Source: Candidatus Tectimicrobiota bacterium (GTDB lineage Bacteria > JACPUC01). Taken from it: a stretch of DNA of 64,000 bases. This document shows, in pieces, positions 39,438 to 49,600 of the stretch. Each line of letters begins with the position of its first letter. Positions within the stretch are counted from its first letter, which is position 1. Under the pieces are notes generated by a model that made no database searches, was not told the DNA's origin, and was given only the letters and a program-made list of their open reading frames with translations. The position numbers and the translations under genes were made by a program. Where the stretch lies: positions 124,001 through 188,000 of the forward strand of contig JACPUC010000011.1 in assembly GCA_016192455.1 (NCBI GenBank), given 5' to 3'.

Positions 39438-39525
39438 CCCTCGGCGGCACAAGGCTCAAGCACGCCCGGCGGGGCGCCTTGCAGGTTTGACACAGAGGTG
39501 GTATCAATAGAAACTGACCTATGGA

Positions 39526-39604
<79 letters not shown>

Positions 39605-39662
39605 TAAAATCAATTGGTTATAAGAATCTGACTCTTCATCATTGAAAGTAGGTTGCCCAAGA

Positions 39663-39860
39663 ATCGGGGGCTACCAATGCTGCGAAAAGTGGCTCTAGGA
39701 CTGTCAGGCCAAGGCGGCAGGAACGCCTGCTAGAGCGCGTGCTAACTGGCGGCGACATCACCCACTTCCAGGAGAACGTCGTCGCCGTGAATGTATCTAT
39801 CCGTCTCATGCAGGAAATCGACGGGGCATAAAAGAGCATGGCAGCAGGCCAGACGCACTC
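39663..39860 (+). pseudogene. C-terminal remnant of a Type ISP restriction-modification enzyme
   Basis: Across frameshifts reads IGGYQCCEKWL*D / RVLTGGDITHFQENVVAVNVSIRLMQEID / IKEHGSRPDA, matching the IGGYQxxxKWLKDR...DIxHYQKIVVAxxETIRLMxEID...HGGWP tail of Type ISP proteins (from recall). Confidence 0.7.
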
Positions 39861-39974
39861 GTTAACAAATCGTAGATTGGCTGAGGCGTTTTTCACGGCT
39901 TAATCTGGAAGACCGATCTTAATGTCATCTGAAAAGCGATTACCATTCCACCTGTCAATACTTTCTCTTCCCCT

Positions 39975-41408
39975 ATGAATCCCCTTATCCACATAAGCGC
40001 CTTTCAGCTGATTGAGGGGCTGCGCTCTGGCCTATCACGATTCTCTGGCCCAAGCAGGGTAGCCCTCTTAATGGCAGTAAATTCGAATGATCCAATCAAA
40101 GTATACGATTATCATTGCTTATTAGGTCCCAAGAAAAAAGAATTGAAAAATAGGTACATTGATACGGATGTATGGAAGCGTCATGTCGAGAGCAGTACTC
40201 GTTCTTGGGGAAGTAATATTGAGAAAAATCTAGGCGGGATTGAGATACCAGGACTCATCTCGTGGGGTTCGCAATCACGGAACGTCTACTACCAGATGTG
40301 GTTTACAGAGAATCACCAGAATCTCTGTTCCGAAGGTCCTACAGAAAGATGGTTGCAAAAGGCAGCATCGCTGCGATCTAGTGATACGGGCAACATGGCT
40401 GCTTTGATGTCAGGTGCATCTAGCGGAGCGATAGAGTGGTATGGTAATGGAGCAATTCAGTTCCACTTACAAGCTAGGCTGCAGTCTCTACTTGGTACAG
40501 ATTCGAAGCTTCCAATCGAGAAAATCTTGAACGCCATCTTGGCGGTATCTATAACTAGGGAAGAAGGCAAGAAAGTATCAGGTAATCTTGTCTTTATTGA
40601 AACTAAACAACTAGAAACACTTACTTTCATAAGCCGCTTTCCTGGTGGGTCCGTTCCCCAATTGGAACGTATCAAGCACCTTCGAAAACTCATTACATCA
40701 GTAGATCGAACAAATGCTTACCTTTGCTCAGATGGACATATTGTAACTGGCATAATTCAAAACCAAATACCAGAGTATGCGATCCTTGCAAGATATGACG
40801 CTGGGCGAGGAGAACTCCTTATTAACGATGAGCCAGTATGCACTTTTGCAGATGGGCGATTTTGCGGGACTCATTTGAGGCCAGATTTATTTGCTTTGCA
40901 AGAAGCTCTCACTACGCTTGAAGCAGATCATAATTATCAACCTGAATTCCTTAAAAGGATATTGGCTCTAGTCGAGACTGCTTGGGAACGACAGCATGGT
41001 TGTACACTTGTGCTGGATGTAGGTGTAAATTCCCTTAGTCTTCCTGGCCAGCTCCTTGATCCACCCTTGGACCTTAGTACAGATGAGAATTTATCTCTAG
41101 CCAAGTCAATGACCATGATTGATGGAGCCTTGCACATAGACTTCAGGAATCAGATACGTGCATTTTCATGCCTCCTGGATGGACTAGCGACGCCAAATGA
41201 AGATCGGTCACGAGGTGCACGATATAACTCGGCCCTTCGATTCAGCAAGAGCCACGCCGGCACGATTGTGGTCGTCATATCAGAGGACGGTCCGATTTCG
41301 ATCTTTTCGAACGGAGAAGATTTGACTGCTTCACCAAGCTGGCCAGACATGGAGAGGATTGATATTGATCCACCAACCTTATTTCAATGGTTGCAGGATG
41401 ATTCTTAA
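39975..41408 (+). CDS. Diadenylate cyclase (DisA_N/DAC) domain protein with a large N-terminal putative sensor region
   Basis: C-terminal HGCTLVL, IDGALHI (DGA at 41121-29), RGARYNSALRF (RHR-equivalent), VVVISEDGPI; ~300-aa N-terminal region without obvious TM helices; AT-rich. Confidence 0.85.
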   Translation: MNPLIHISAFQLIEGLRSGLSRFSGPSRVALLMAVNSNDPIKVYDYHCLLGPKKKELKNRYIDTDVWKRHVESSTRSWGSNIEKNLGGIEIPGLISWGSQSRNVYYQMWFTENHQNLCSEGPTERWLQKAASLRSSDTGNMAALMSGASSGAIEWYGNGAIQFHLQARLQSLLGTDSKLPIEKILNAILAVSITREEGKKVSGNLVFIETKQLETLTFISRFPGGSVPQLERIKHLRKLITSVDRTNAYLCSDGHIVTGIIQNQIPEYAILARYDAGRGELLINDEPVCTFADGRFCGTHLRPDLFALQEALTTLEADHNYQPEFLKRILALVETAWERQHGCTLVLDVGVNSLSLPGQLLDPPLDLSTDENLSLAKSMTMIDGALHIDFRNQIRAFSCLLDGLATPNEDRSRGARYNSALRFSKSHAGTIVVVISEDGPISIFSNGEDLTASPSWPDMERIDIDPPTLFQWLQDDS

Positions 41409-41637
41409 TCGGCTCATTAGATATTTGTGTGGGTAACAGGGTGGAGATCGAGGCTTCCGGGGGCGCGAATGAACGGAGACAACGTAGAAGGGGTTGCCCC
41501 ACTGCCCCAACATTGCCCAAATGAAGTGAGTAATTGTGATAATCTGTGAAACTCATTGAACTGCTCGTTGGCTGTAAGTTATTGAGACATAAGGCAAACT
41601 TCCGCCTGCTTGACATTTCCTTGCCTTGTGGTAAGCT

Positions 41638-41683
41638 CTTTAGGAGCATGGGCTCGGAGGTTCAAATCCTCTTGCCCCGACCA
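41638..41683 (+). repeat. att-like duplicate of the tRNA-Pro 3' half
   Basis: CTTTAGGAGCATGGGCTCGGAGGTTCAAATCCTCTTGCCCCGACCA; 4 mismatches to 39558-39603; no D-arm or 5' acceptor strand. Confidence 0.9.
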
Positions 41684-41755
41684 GAAAACGAATGAGAATA
41701 GGCAACGATGCCCGCTTGAGCTTGGTTGAGGGTCGCCCGAGCGGCGAGGTGAGCG

Positions 41756-42073
41756 ATGGGCAGCAAGGTCCAGATCGACATCCCTAGAGAGAAGATCGCG
41801 GCCTTCTGCCGGAAGTGGAAGGTGCGCGAGTTTTCGCTCTTCGGCTCGGTGCTGCGGGAGGATTTCCGGCCCGAGAGCGACGTGGACGTGCTGGTATCGT
41901 TCGACCCGGAGGCCACCTGGAGCCTGCTTGACATCGTGACCATGCAAGACGAGTTGGCGGAGATTTTCGGCCGCAAGGTGGACCTGGTCGAGCGGCAAGC
42001 CGTCGAGGGGAGTTCGAACCCGTTTCGCCGGCGCCGTATTCTGAACAACGTGGAGCAGGTCCTCATTGGATGA
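41756..42073 (+). CDS. Minimal nucleotidyltransferase (MntA-type antitoxin)
   Basis: LFGSVLREDFRPESDVDVLV (GS...DxD), GRKVDLV, NPFRRRRIL. Confidence 0.92.
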   Translation: MGSKVQIDIPREKIAAFCRKWKVREFSLFGSVLREDFRPESDVDVLVSFDPEATWSLLDIVTMQDELAEIFGRKVDLVERQAVEGSSNPFRRRRILNNVEQVLIG

Positions 42074-42092
42074 GAACGACGCGGCCTGCCTC
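42066..42092 (+). pseudogene. Possible first codons of a deleted HEPN/DUF86 toxin
   Basis: Overlapping TTG start gives MDENDAACL (compare ..RDAAYLxD of DUF86 starts); no Rx4H HEPN motif follows. Confidence 0.3.
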
Positions 42093-42283
42093 CCGCGGTC
42101 AACGAGTTACTTTATCTTCCAGCAGTCGTCGTGTTCATCCCTGGCGGCGGCCGGCGGCCTCATGGGCCAGGGAATGCGTGGAGAACGCCTCAGCTCCGCT
42201 TGGCCTCGTGACCCAGGGACGCAACGGCGGCGGCGTTCCGGGCAGAGGGGAAGCGGCAGGCGGCAATGAACAGGGGAGAGCCG

Positions 42284-43426
42284 ATGTCGAACCTGCGGGA
42301 CAAGTACTGCATTGTGGGGATCGGCGAGACGCCGGTGGGCAAGGTCGACGGGATTACGAACCTCGGCTTCAACCTGCTGGCGGCCAAGCTCGCCATCGAG
42401 GACGCCGGGCTCACGAACAAGGACATCGACGGCGTGCTGACGACGCACCCGTATGGTGATCCCCCCTTCATGTACAGCATCCAGATCGCCGAGAAGCTGG
42501 GGATTCAGCCGACCTACACGACCGACCTGAACCTCGGCGGGGCCACGCCGGTGGCGCTGGTCGAGCACGCCGTCATGGGCATCGAGGCGGGCCTCGCCAG
42601 CACCGTGGTGGTGAGCTTCGGCGAGGCGCTGCGCAGCAAGATCAAGCATCACGGCAAGTTCCGCATGGGGCGCGAGGATTTCGGCAACCCCTACGGCGAG
42701 GTGGTCGGCATCACCTACGCCATGGCGGCGCGGCGGCACATGCACCAGTACGGCACCACCAACGAGCAGTTCGGCCACATCGCCGTCGCCATGCGCAAAC
42801 ACGCCTGCCTCAACCCCAACGCCCAGGAGCGCGAGCCGATCACCATCGCGGACTACCACGCCTCGCCCTGGATTTGCGAGCCCTTCCGCCGCCTCGATAT
42901 CTGCCTCATCTCGAACGGCGGCGGCGCCGTCGTCGTCACCTCGGCGGAGCGCGCCAGGAATATGAAGAAGAAGCCGGTCTACATCAGCGCCTTCGCCGAG
43001 CAGCACACCCACAAGAACTTCTATAACATGCCGGACATGACGACCTGGGGCGCCAAGCGCGCCGCCGAGAAGCTCTACAAGAACGCCGGTGTGGGACCGA
43101 AGGACGTCGACGTGGCGGAGTTCTACGACTGCTTCACCTACACCGTCCTGGTGCAGATCGAGGACTACGGCTTCTGCCCCAAGGGCGAAGGCGGCAGGTT
43201 CGTCGAGAACGGCAACATCGAGCTGGGGGGCGAGCTGCCGGTGAACACCCACGGCGGGCTGCTGTCGCAGGCGCACATCGACGGCATGCTGCACATCACC
43301 GAGGGGGTGAAGCAGCTTCGCGGCGAGTGCGGCCCGCGGCAGGTGAAGGATGCGGAGGTTTGCCTGGTGACCGGCAACGGCGGCTCCGCCGGAGCTACCC
43401 ACTCATCCCTCATGCTGCGGAGGTAG
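42284..43426 (+). CDS. Thiolase-fold protein (SCP-x/Ltp2-like)
   Basis: IVGIGET, AIEDAGL..KDIDG, NPNAQ, CLISNGGGA, EFYDCFT, VNTHGGLLS; LNLGGAT in place of the nucleophilic-Cys loop. Confidence 0.9.
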   Translation: MSNLRDKYCIVGIGETPVGKVDGITNLGFNLLAAKLAIEDAGLTNKDIDGVLTTHPYGDPPFMYSIQIAEKLGIQPTYTTDLNLGGATPVALVEHAVMGIEAGLASTVVVSFGEALRSKIKHHGKFRMGREDFGNPYGEVVGITYAMAARRHMHQYGTTNEQFGHIAVAMRKHACLNPNAQEREPITIADYHASPWICEPFRRLDICLISNGGGAVVVTSAERARNMKKKPVYISAFAEQHTHKNFYNMPDMTTWGAKRAAEKLYKNAGVGPKDVDVAEFYDCFTYTVLVQIEDYGFCPKGEGGRFVENGNIELGGELPVNTHGGLLSQAHIDGMLHITEGVKQLRGECGPRQVKDAEVCLVTGNGGSAGATHSSLMLRR

Positions 43427-43430
43427 CGCC

Positions 43431-43844
43431 ATGGCGGCAGGTGACTACACGAAGCCTCTCCCCATCCCCGACGAAGACACCCAGCCCTACTTCGAGGCCT
43501 GCAAGCGCGGCGAACTGACGCTGCAGCGCTGCGACGCATGCAAGACGCTGCGCTTCGAGCCGGACAACATCTGCCCGAAATGCCTCAGCGACCGCTTCAC
43601 CTGGGAGCGCCTGAGCGGCAACGGCACGGTCTATACCTTCAGCGTCGTGCACCACGCCTACTACCCCGGCTTCAAGAGCGAGCTGCCCTACGTCATCGCC
43701 GTCGTCGAGCTGGCGGAGGGGCCGCGCATGCTCACCAATATCATCGACTGCAAGCCGGAGCTGGTGAAGATCGGCATGCCGGTGAAGGTGACGTTCAAGA
43801 AGTGCACCGAGGAGATCACCCTCCCTTACTTCGTGCCGGCGTAG
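43431..43844 (+). CDS. Zn-ribbon + OB-fold protein (DUF35/ChsH2 C-terminal-like)
   Basis: QRCDAC...ICPKC, GTVYTFSVV, PYVIAVVELAEGPRM, IGMPVKVTF. Confidence 0.93.
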   Translation: MAAGDYTKPLPIPDEDTQPYFEACKRGELTLQRCDACKTLRFEPDNICPKCLSDRFTWERLSGNGTVYTFSVVHHAYYPGFKSELPYVIAVVELAEGPRMLTNIIDCKPELVKIGMPVKVTFKKCTEEITLPYFVPA

Positions 43845-44078
43845 GGCGTGCGCTCTTTCGCTGAGGAGGCGACGAGCCCGGCAGCCAAGGAGCCAGGTGA
43901 CGCACCGACGGGCCTGCGACGCCCACCCGGAATCAAGCCTCGCGCCCAGCCCAGCGCCGCGACCCGTCCAGGAACCCCGATGCTCCCCGTCGGGGTTCTT
44001 GTCTCTGTAAAGCGCGTGGTGGCCGCTGTCCTCGTCAGCAAGGCCGCCGATGCCACCCTGTTGCGAAGGAGGTACGCC

Positions 44079-44864
44079 ATGGCCCTGCTGTTCGAGAAGC
44101 GCGACCACATCGCCATCCTCACCCTGAACCGCCCCGACGCCCTGAACGCCATCGACCCGGAGACCGCCGGCGAGCTCATCCAGGCGGCCGACCGCGTCAT
44201 GGAAGAGGAGGACATCTGGGTGGGCATCTTGACCGGCGCGGGCGAGAAGGCCTTCTGCGCCGGCGCCGACGTGAAGAAGTACATCGCCCCCAGCGCCGGC
44301 AAGACGATCTCGCAGCTCCACGAGCAGTACCTCACCGGCAAGGACTTCCGCGTCGTCCTGCCGCGCATCTGGAAGCCGATGGTCTGCGCGGTGAACGGCT
44401 ATGCCCTGGGGGGCGGACTGGAGCTGGCGCTGAGCTGCGACATCCGCGTCGCCGCCGAGCACGCCCGCTTCGGCCTGCCGGAGGTGAACCTGGGGATCAT
44501 CCCCGGCGCCGGCGGCACCCAGCGCCTGGCGCGCGTCGTCGGCGTCGGCCGCGCCCTGGAGATGATCCTCACGGCGCGCCACGTGCCCGCCGCCGAGGCC
44601 CTCGCCATGGGCCTCGTCAGCCGCGTCGTGGCGAAGGAGAAGCTCATGGAGACCGCCCTCGAGGTCGCCGGCGCCATCGCCTCGAAGGGACCCGTCGCCA
44701 CCCGCTACGCCAAGGAGGCCGTCATCAAAGGATTCGAGATGCCCCTCGACCAGGCCCTCCTGCTCGAAAACATGCTCTCCACCATGCTCCGCGATACCGC
44801 CGACATGAAAGAAGGCTCCAAAGCCTTCGCCGAAAAACGCCCCCCGCAGTTCCTGGGGAAGTAA
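44079..44864 (+). CDS. Enoyl-CoA hydratase/isomerase
   Basis: LNRPDALNA, AFCAGAD, NGYALGGGLE, FGLPEV.LGIIPGAGGTQRL (both catalytic Glu); AAGGAGG RBS before ATG 44079. Confidence 0.95.
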   Translation: MALLFEKRDHIAILTLNRPDALNAIDPETAGELIQAADRVMEEEDIWVGILTGAGEKAFCAGADVKKYIAPSAGKTISQLHEQYLTGKDFRVVLPRIWKPMVCAVNGYALGGGLELALSCDIRVAAEHARFGLPEVNLGIIPGAGGTQRLARVVGVGRALEMILTARHVPAAEALAMGLVSRVVAKEKLMETALEVAGAIASKGPVATRYAKEAVIKGFEMPLDQALLLENMLSTMLRDTADMKEGSKAFAEKRPPQFLGK

Positions 44865-44913
44865 GAAGCAAGGGGAGAAGGGGAAGGTTGAGGAGGAAAG
44901 AAGGGGAAAAGCT

Positions 44914-44931
44914 GGGGGATCATTGATCCCC
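44914..44931. repeat. Dispersed palindrome GGGGGATCATTGATCCCC
   Basis: Same family as 14208-14228 and 59460-59482. Confidence 0.7.
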
Positions 44932-45779
44932 TGCAAATGGATCCAGCAACAGCTCGACCTTAGCCTAGAAGTCTCGACAGGGCAAGGGGGTACGCAAGTA
45001 TCCCCTTGTTTCGTAAGGAGAAGGGCAGATAAGCGCGGTTGGAGAGCCTATGCTGGAGGGAGATAAGCGGAGGTGCGAAGAGCAGCGGGTGGTGGAAAAA
45101 ACCAGCTCAGAATCTCGCACACCACAGGGAAGTACAAAGCGGATCCCGTGGTCTGGTCTTTGGCATCACGAAGACATTCTCCGGAAAGCATCATGTCCAC
45201 CAATCCGGGTCACCCACGCCCACAACTGAATGAAACTGCTGCGCGATAGGGCACGAAGGATGAGCACGCGCTCGGCGCGAATTTAACGAGGCGCGTGATG
45301 ATCTTCTCCGGGGGAGGTCGCTGGTGCGCAGATCCTTGGCCTCCTTCTTGGTGCGGCGGAGCGCTTCTGGGCGGCGATGGACTCCCTGTCGATTCGTCGC
45401 CGTATGGCGCGTTCCCGCGCTGCTCCAATGCCTCTCAGCCCCTACGCTGCTCCGAAGCGCCGGCCTTTGGTTGAGTTTTCGATGCGTACTTCCACCGCTG
45501 GCCTTGCAGCTTGCCACGAGCCCGAGCCCCACCTGCGGGGAGGACGGGGATCACACGTTCCCCTCGCACCGCCGGCAGGTGAGAGGTGAGGATGTCATGG
45601 TGTAGAGTCGTGGAGAAAGGGAGGAGGGAGGGAGATGGAGGGGTCAGGAAGCGGAGGGGGGCGACGAGTGATGTGGCGCGGTGCCCGTGGCGGATGGTAA
45701 CCCTCGGCGCCGCGCGGGATACCAAACCATGCTTATGCCTGCTGTACGATCAGGAACCGAAGGCCAGGGGGAGAATGCC

Positions 45780-46045
45780 TCAGTACTCAGGGAGGTCTTC
45801 GAGGCGGGACTCTTGAGGCGGAGCAGGTTTGCTCGTGAGGTGCTTCCCAAGCGCCCATCGCGGTTCACGCAGATGGAGGTGCGCTGGCCGCGGCGCAGCG
45901 GCACAAAGTAGACGTGGCGCCCGGACTCGATGTCGCGCATCACCTCCTCCTTGCCGCGCGGCGACCACGACGCTCCGGGTTGACAGAGAGCGACGATCTG
46001 CCCTTCTCGGTTCTTTTGAATCCTCGTCACGGCGCGTTCAGCCAT
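45780..46045 (-). pseudogene. DUF3892-like small protein with a single frameshift
   Basis: MAERAVTRIQKNREGQIVALC...RDIESG in one frame; family-type tail GKHLTSK...LEDLPEY* in another frame, joined at a G-run near 45846-45848; GGAGG RBS. Confidence 0.6.
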
Positions 46046-46109
46046 CGGACTTCCTCCGCCTGAACACGTGCGAGCTTCGAGGCACAAGGTGATTGACGGC
46101 TTTCTCTCC

Positions 46110-46391
46110 TCAGAGGAATCGACTGCGCTGCTTCTTGACCTTCCATCTGCCCGCCGTGGCGGCGCAGCTCCGTTTGCAGGCCTTGCGCTGCAGCCAGAGC
46201 GTACACGCTGCAACCCGGAGGCGGGGCTTACGGCCGAGGGCGGACGAAATCGCAGCTCTGCGAGCATCGATGCGCATGGTGACCGGCTCCTGGAACTCCT
46301 GGTAGCGCAGCCACTTCCTCGTCATGGGCACGGTGACCCACAAGCCGAGGAGGACGAAGAACCCAACGAAGCCGCTGACCAGCATGACCAT
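46110..46391 (-). CDS. Small membrane-anchored protein with C-terminal CxxWxxxxxCxxxC motif
   Basis: N-terminal TM helix; IDARRAA...LRVAACTLWLQRKACKRSC. Confidence 0.5.
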   Translation of the reverse strand: MVMLVSGFVGFFVLLGLWVTVPMTRKWLRYQEFQEPVTMRIDARRAAISSALGRKPRLRVAACTLWLQRKACKRSCAATAGRWKVKKQRSRFL

Positions 46392-46617
46392 GGTTCGCCT
46401 CGCAGGCTGCGCGTGGACTCGGCAATGCTGGTGAGGAAGCGGGGAGGAGCGTGGCGCGGCCGGAGGGCGGTCAAGGAGTGAATGAGACCGGACCCGTCAG
46501 GCGCTGCCTGGAACTCTGCACGAGCCGGTACCTGCGAAGGACTCGAAGAATCTGCCTGTCGCTCGGTTTTCTGTCGGCCGGCGGCGCGTAAGGTGGCGGA
46601 GTCCCACTGAAACCTGG

Positions 46618-49600
46618 TTAGAAGATTCTCGCCGCGGTGCCGGCCAGGACGGCGGTGCTGAGGACGGTGGTGGTGAGGTCGCGCAAGTCGCCGAAGTTGA
46701 AGCGCTTCAGGTCGAGCTTCTCGGGCACGACGATGGTGTCGCCGGGCTGGACGTCCGCCGAGGCCACATCGGTGGCGAACCAGCGCGACGCCTGTGAGAA
46801 GCCCGGCGCATAGACCGACCCATCGGCCCGCACGATGAACAGTTTTGACTTGTTCGCCTTCTCGGTGTAGCCGCCGACTTTCTCCAGGTAGTAGCCCGCG
46901 TCCTGATCGGGGGTGTGGAGGATGGTGGCGGGGTTGAGGACCTCGCCGATAAGCGTCACCGTTTTCGGGATGCGGGGCACGAGGAGACGGTCGCCGTCCT
47001 CCAGCATCAGGTCGAACTTCGATTTCTTCAGGCCCTCTTGCGGATTCAGGGTGATGACGACGCGCCCGGCGGCCTTGATGGAGCGCAGGGTGCTCGCCAG
47101 GCGTTGGCGGGTCTCCAGGGCCGCCTTGCGCTTGCCCTCATCCTTCTGATTTTGGCTCGCTTCCTCCGCCGACAGCCGCAGCGCCTCGCGCTCTTGCAGC
47201 TTCAGCATCTCCTCGATGCGCTGCTGCTCCATCTCCCGCACCCTGGCGCGGGTGAAGACGGACCCCGGCAGGTAGGCATCGGCGGTGAAGCCGCCGGCCC
47301 GCTCGACGAGGTCGCTGATGCGATCCGACTTCGTCAAGGCATAGACGCCGGGGAAGCGCACCTCGCCCTCGACCGTCACCGTCTTCTCGGTGCCGAAATC
47401 GGGGATGATCCGCACCATCAGCACATCGAGGTGGCGCAACGGCAGGTTGTGCGCCGGCTCGCCTTCCAGCGCCTTGGCCAGGTTGATGGTGACGCGCGTC
47501 GCCTCCATCCCTTCCGGCTGCACCGCGCGCCGCGTGATCTCCGCTTCCGGCAGGTAAGCATAGGGGCTCAACCCCTTGGCGCGGAAGATGAGGTCGCGCA
47601 CCGTCATGTTCCCGGCCAGGGGGTAGACGCCCGGCTCGCGCACCTCGCCGGTTACCTTGACGGCCTTGGCGAACTCCGTCTCCTCAACGGAGTGGATGAC
47701 GAGGCGGTCCTGCTCCTCCAGCGCCGGGTTCTCCTTTTCGTCCCCCTGCAACCCTTTCCGCAGGTTGAAGCGGATATAGCTCAGGCCATGGTCGTCGCCG
47801 CGCCGCAGGAGCTCCGCTTCGTCGAGGTAGGCGGTGCGCGTCAGGTTGCCGGCGCGTTTGATCAGCTCCGTGACGCGCATGCCGGGGAGGAGCTCATAGA
47901 ACCCCGGACGCCGCACCTCCCCTTCGATCCCCACCTTGGGGAGGTCCTGGAACTCCTGGGCGGCGAAGATGCGCACCTGGTCCCCCGGCTGCAGGGGCAG
48001 GTTCGCCTCCTTGCCATGGCCGTTGGCCGAGAAGATCTCGGCGGGCTGGAAGGAGAGGATGGTGCGCGCCCGGGCAGGTCCGGCCTGGCGGATGATCTCG
48101 GCGTAGTCCAGGTAGGGCTCGGGCTTCAACACCTCGGCGGACGGGATGAGGTCGCGCAGGCGCATGCCCTCCTGGAACTGATACTCGCCGGGCCGGTAGA
48201 TGTGCCCCGCAAGGGAGACGGAGTTCCGCCTCTCCGGCAGGATGCTGAAAATCTGCACGAAATCGCCGTCCGCCACCTCGTACTCCCTTGCTTCCTTGCT
48301 CCCCTGCTGGCCGTCGAGGTCCACCTCGGTGAGGAAGCGGCGCTTGTGCGCCTCGATGCGTTCGATCTTCACCTTCGCCAGGTAGCCGAGCGCCGTCACG
48401 CCCCCCGACAGGTCGAGGGCCTCCGCCAGCGTCAGGCTGCCGGGAAACTCATAGATGCCGGGGCGCTTGACGTTCCCCGCCACCCCCACGACGTGCCCGA
48501 TGAGCGGCACGAAGAGGGTGTCCCCGGAACGCAGCGGCTCATCCAGTGTCTTGTCGCCGGTGAGGAGGAATCGGTACAGGTCGATGGTCTGCACCACCTT
48601 GCCGTTGCGCAGCAAGCGGATGCGGCGCAGGCTGCCGCGCTTCGTCGGCCCGCCGGAGAGGAAGAGGGCATGGAACGCCGTCGCGTTCGCCTCGAGCGAA
48701 TAGGTCCCCGGCGCCTCCACCTCGCCGACCACGAAGACCTGGATGGAGCGCAGCCGCTTCGGCACGATGTTCAGGTTGAAGTTCGAGTAGTAGCGCTGCA
48801 GGCGCTGGTTCACATACTGCCCCAACTGCTCGAAGCGCAGCCCGGCCACCGGCAGCAGCCCCACTTTGGGAAGGAAGAACGAACCCGTCTGGTCCACCGC
48901 TACCTCGAAGCTCTCGTTGAGGTTCCCCCAGGTATCGATGCGGTAGACATCGCCGGGCCCGACGAGATGATCATCACGCACGGGGAGGTCCCTGGAGGAC
49001 TGGAACGGGTCGCGGCCAGCGGCGAAGAGATCGTAGCCAAACTGCCGGATGGCGCCGATCTCGTTGGGGTCCTGGGCGGTGGCGAACATGCGCTCGACGG
49101 CCGAGCGCGCGTCGCGCCGGGCGGCGGCCGCAGCGCCCCCGCGTCCCCGCTCCGGCTCCAGCGCCCCTGGCTCGGCGAGAGGCTGCCGCGTCCCGCCGGC
49201 TCTGGAAGGTCCTGCCGCGAAGGGAGTCTCCCCGCCGCCGTCAAGTCCCCCCGCCGGCGGCATCACGGGCTGCGCCGCTCCATCCGGGCCGGCGAGGTCC
49301 ACCTTCATGGCGCCGTCTTCTCGCCGCCGCAGCTCCTCCGGAATGCGCGCCCCCTCCCGCTGCGGCGCCAGCCGTTGGCTTCCTCGCACCTCGCCCGCCG
49401 TCAGGCCCGGCAAGGCGCCCGGCGTCGGGACCTTTTCCTGCTGCTCCATGAACCAGCGGCTCGACGGCAGCTCGCGGCGGAACGGCGCCTCCTCGCCGCG
49501 CTCCGGCTCGGACGAGCCATTGGGCGGCTCCTGCCGGACGGGCGCGCACTCCAGCCGCAAGGCCTGGACGCCGGGCGAGGCGACCGGCGAGCAGCGCATC

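Noticed and set aside
41638-41683. Second tRNA gene (apparent TAG anticodon)
   Set aside because: Only the 3' half is present, with no D-arm or 5' acceptor strand; it is an att duplicate.
45270-45360. Possible DUF559 endonuclease 5' remnant (TKKEAKDLRTS...EKII)
   Set aside because: Similarity too short and weak to support without a search.
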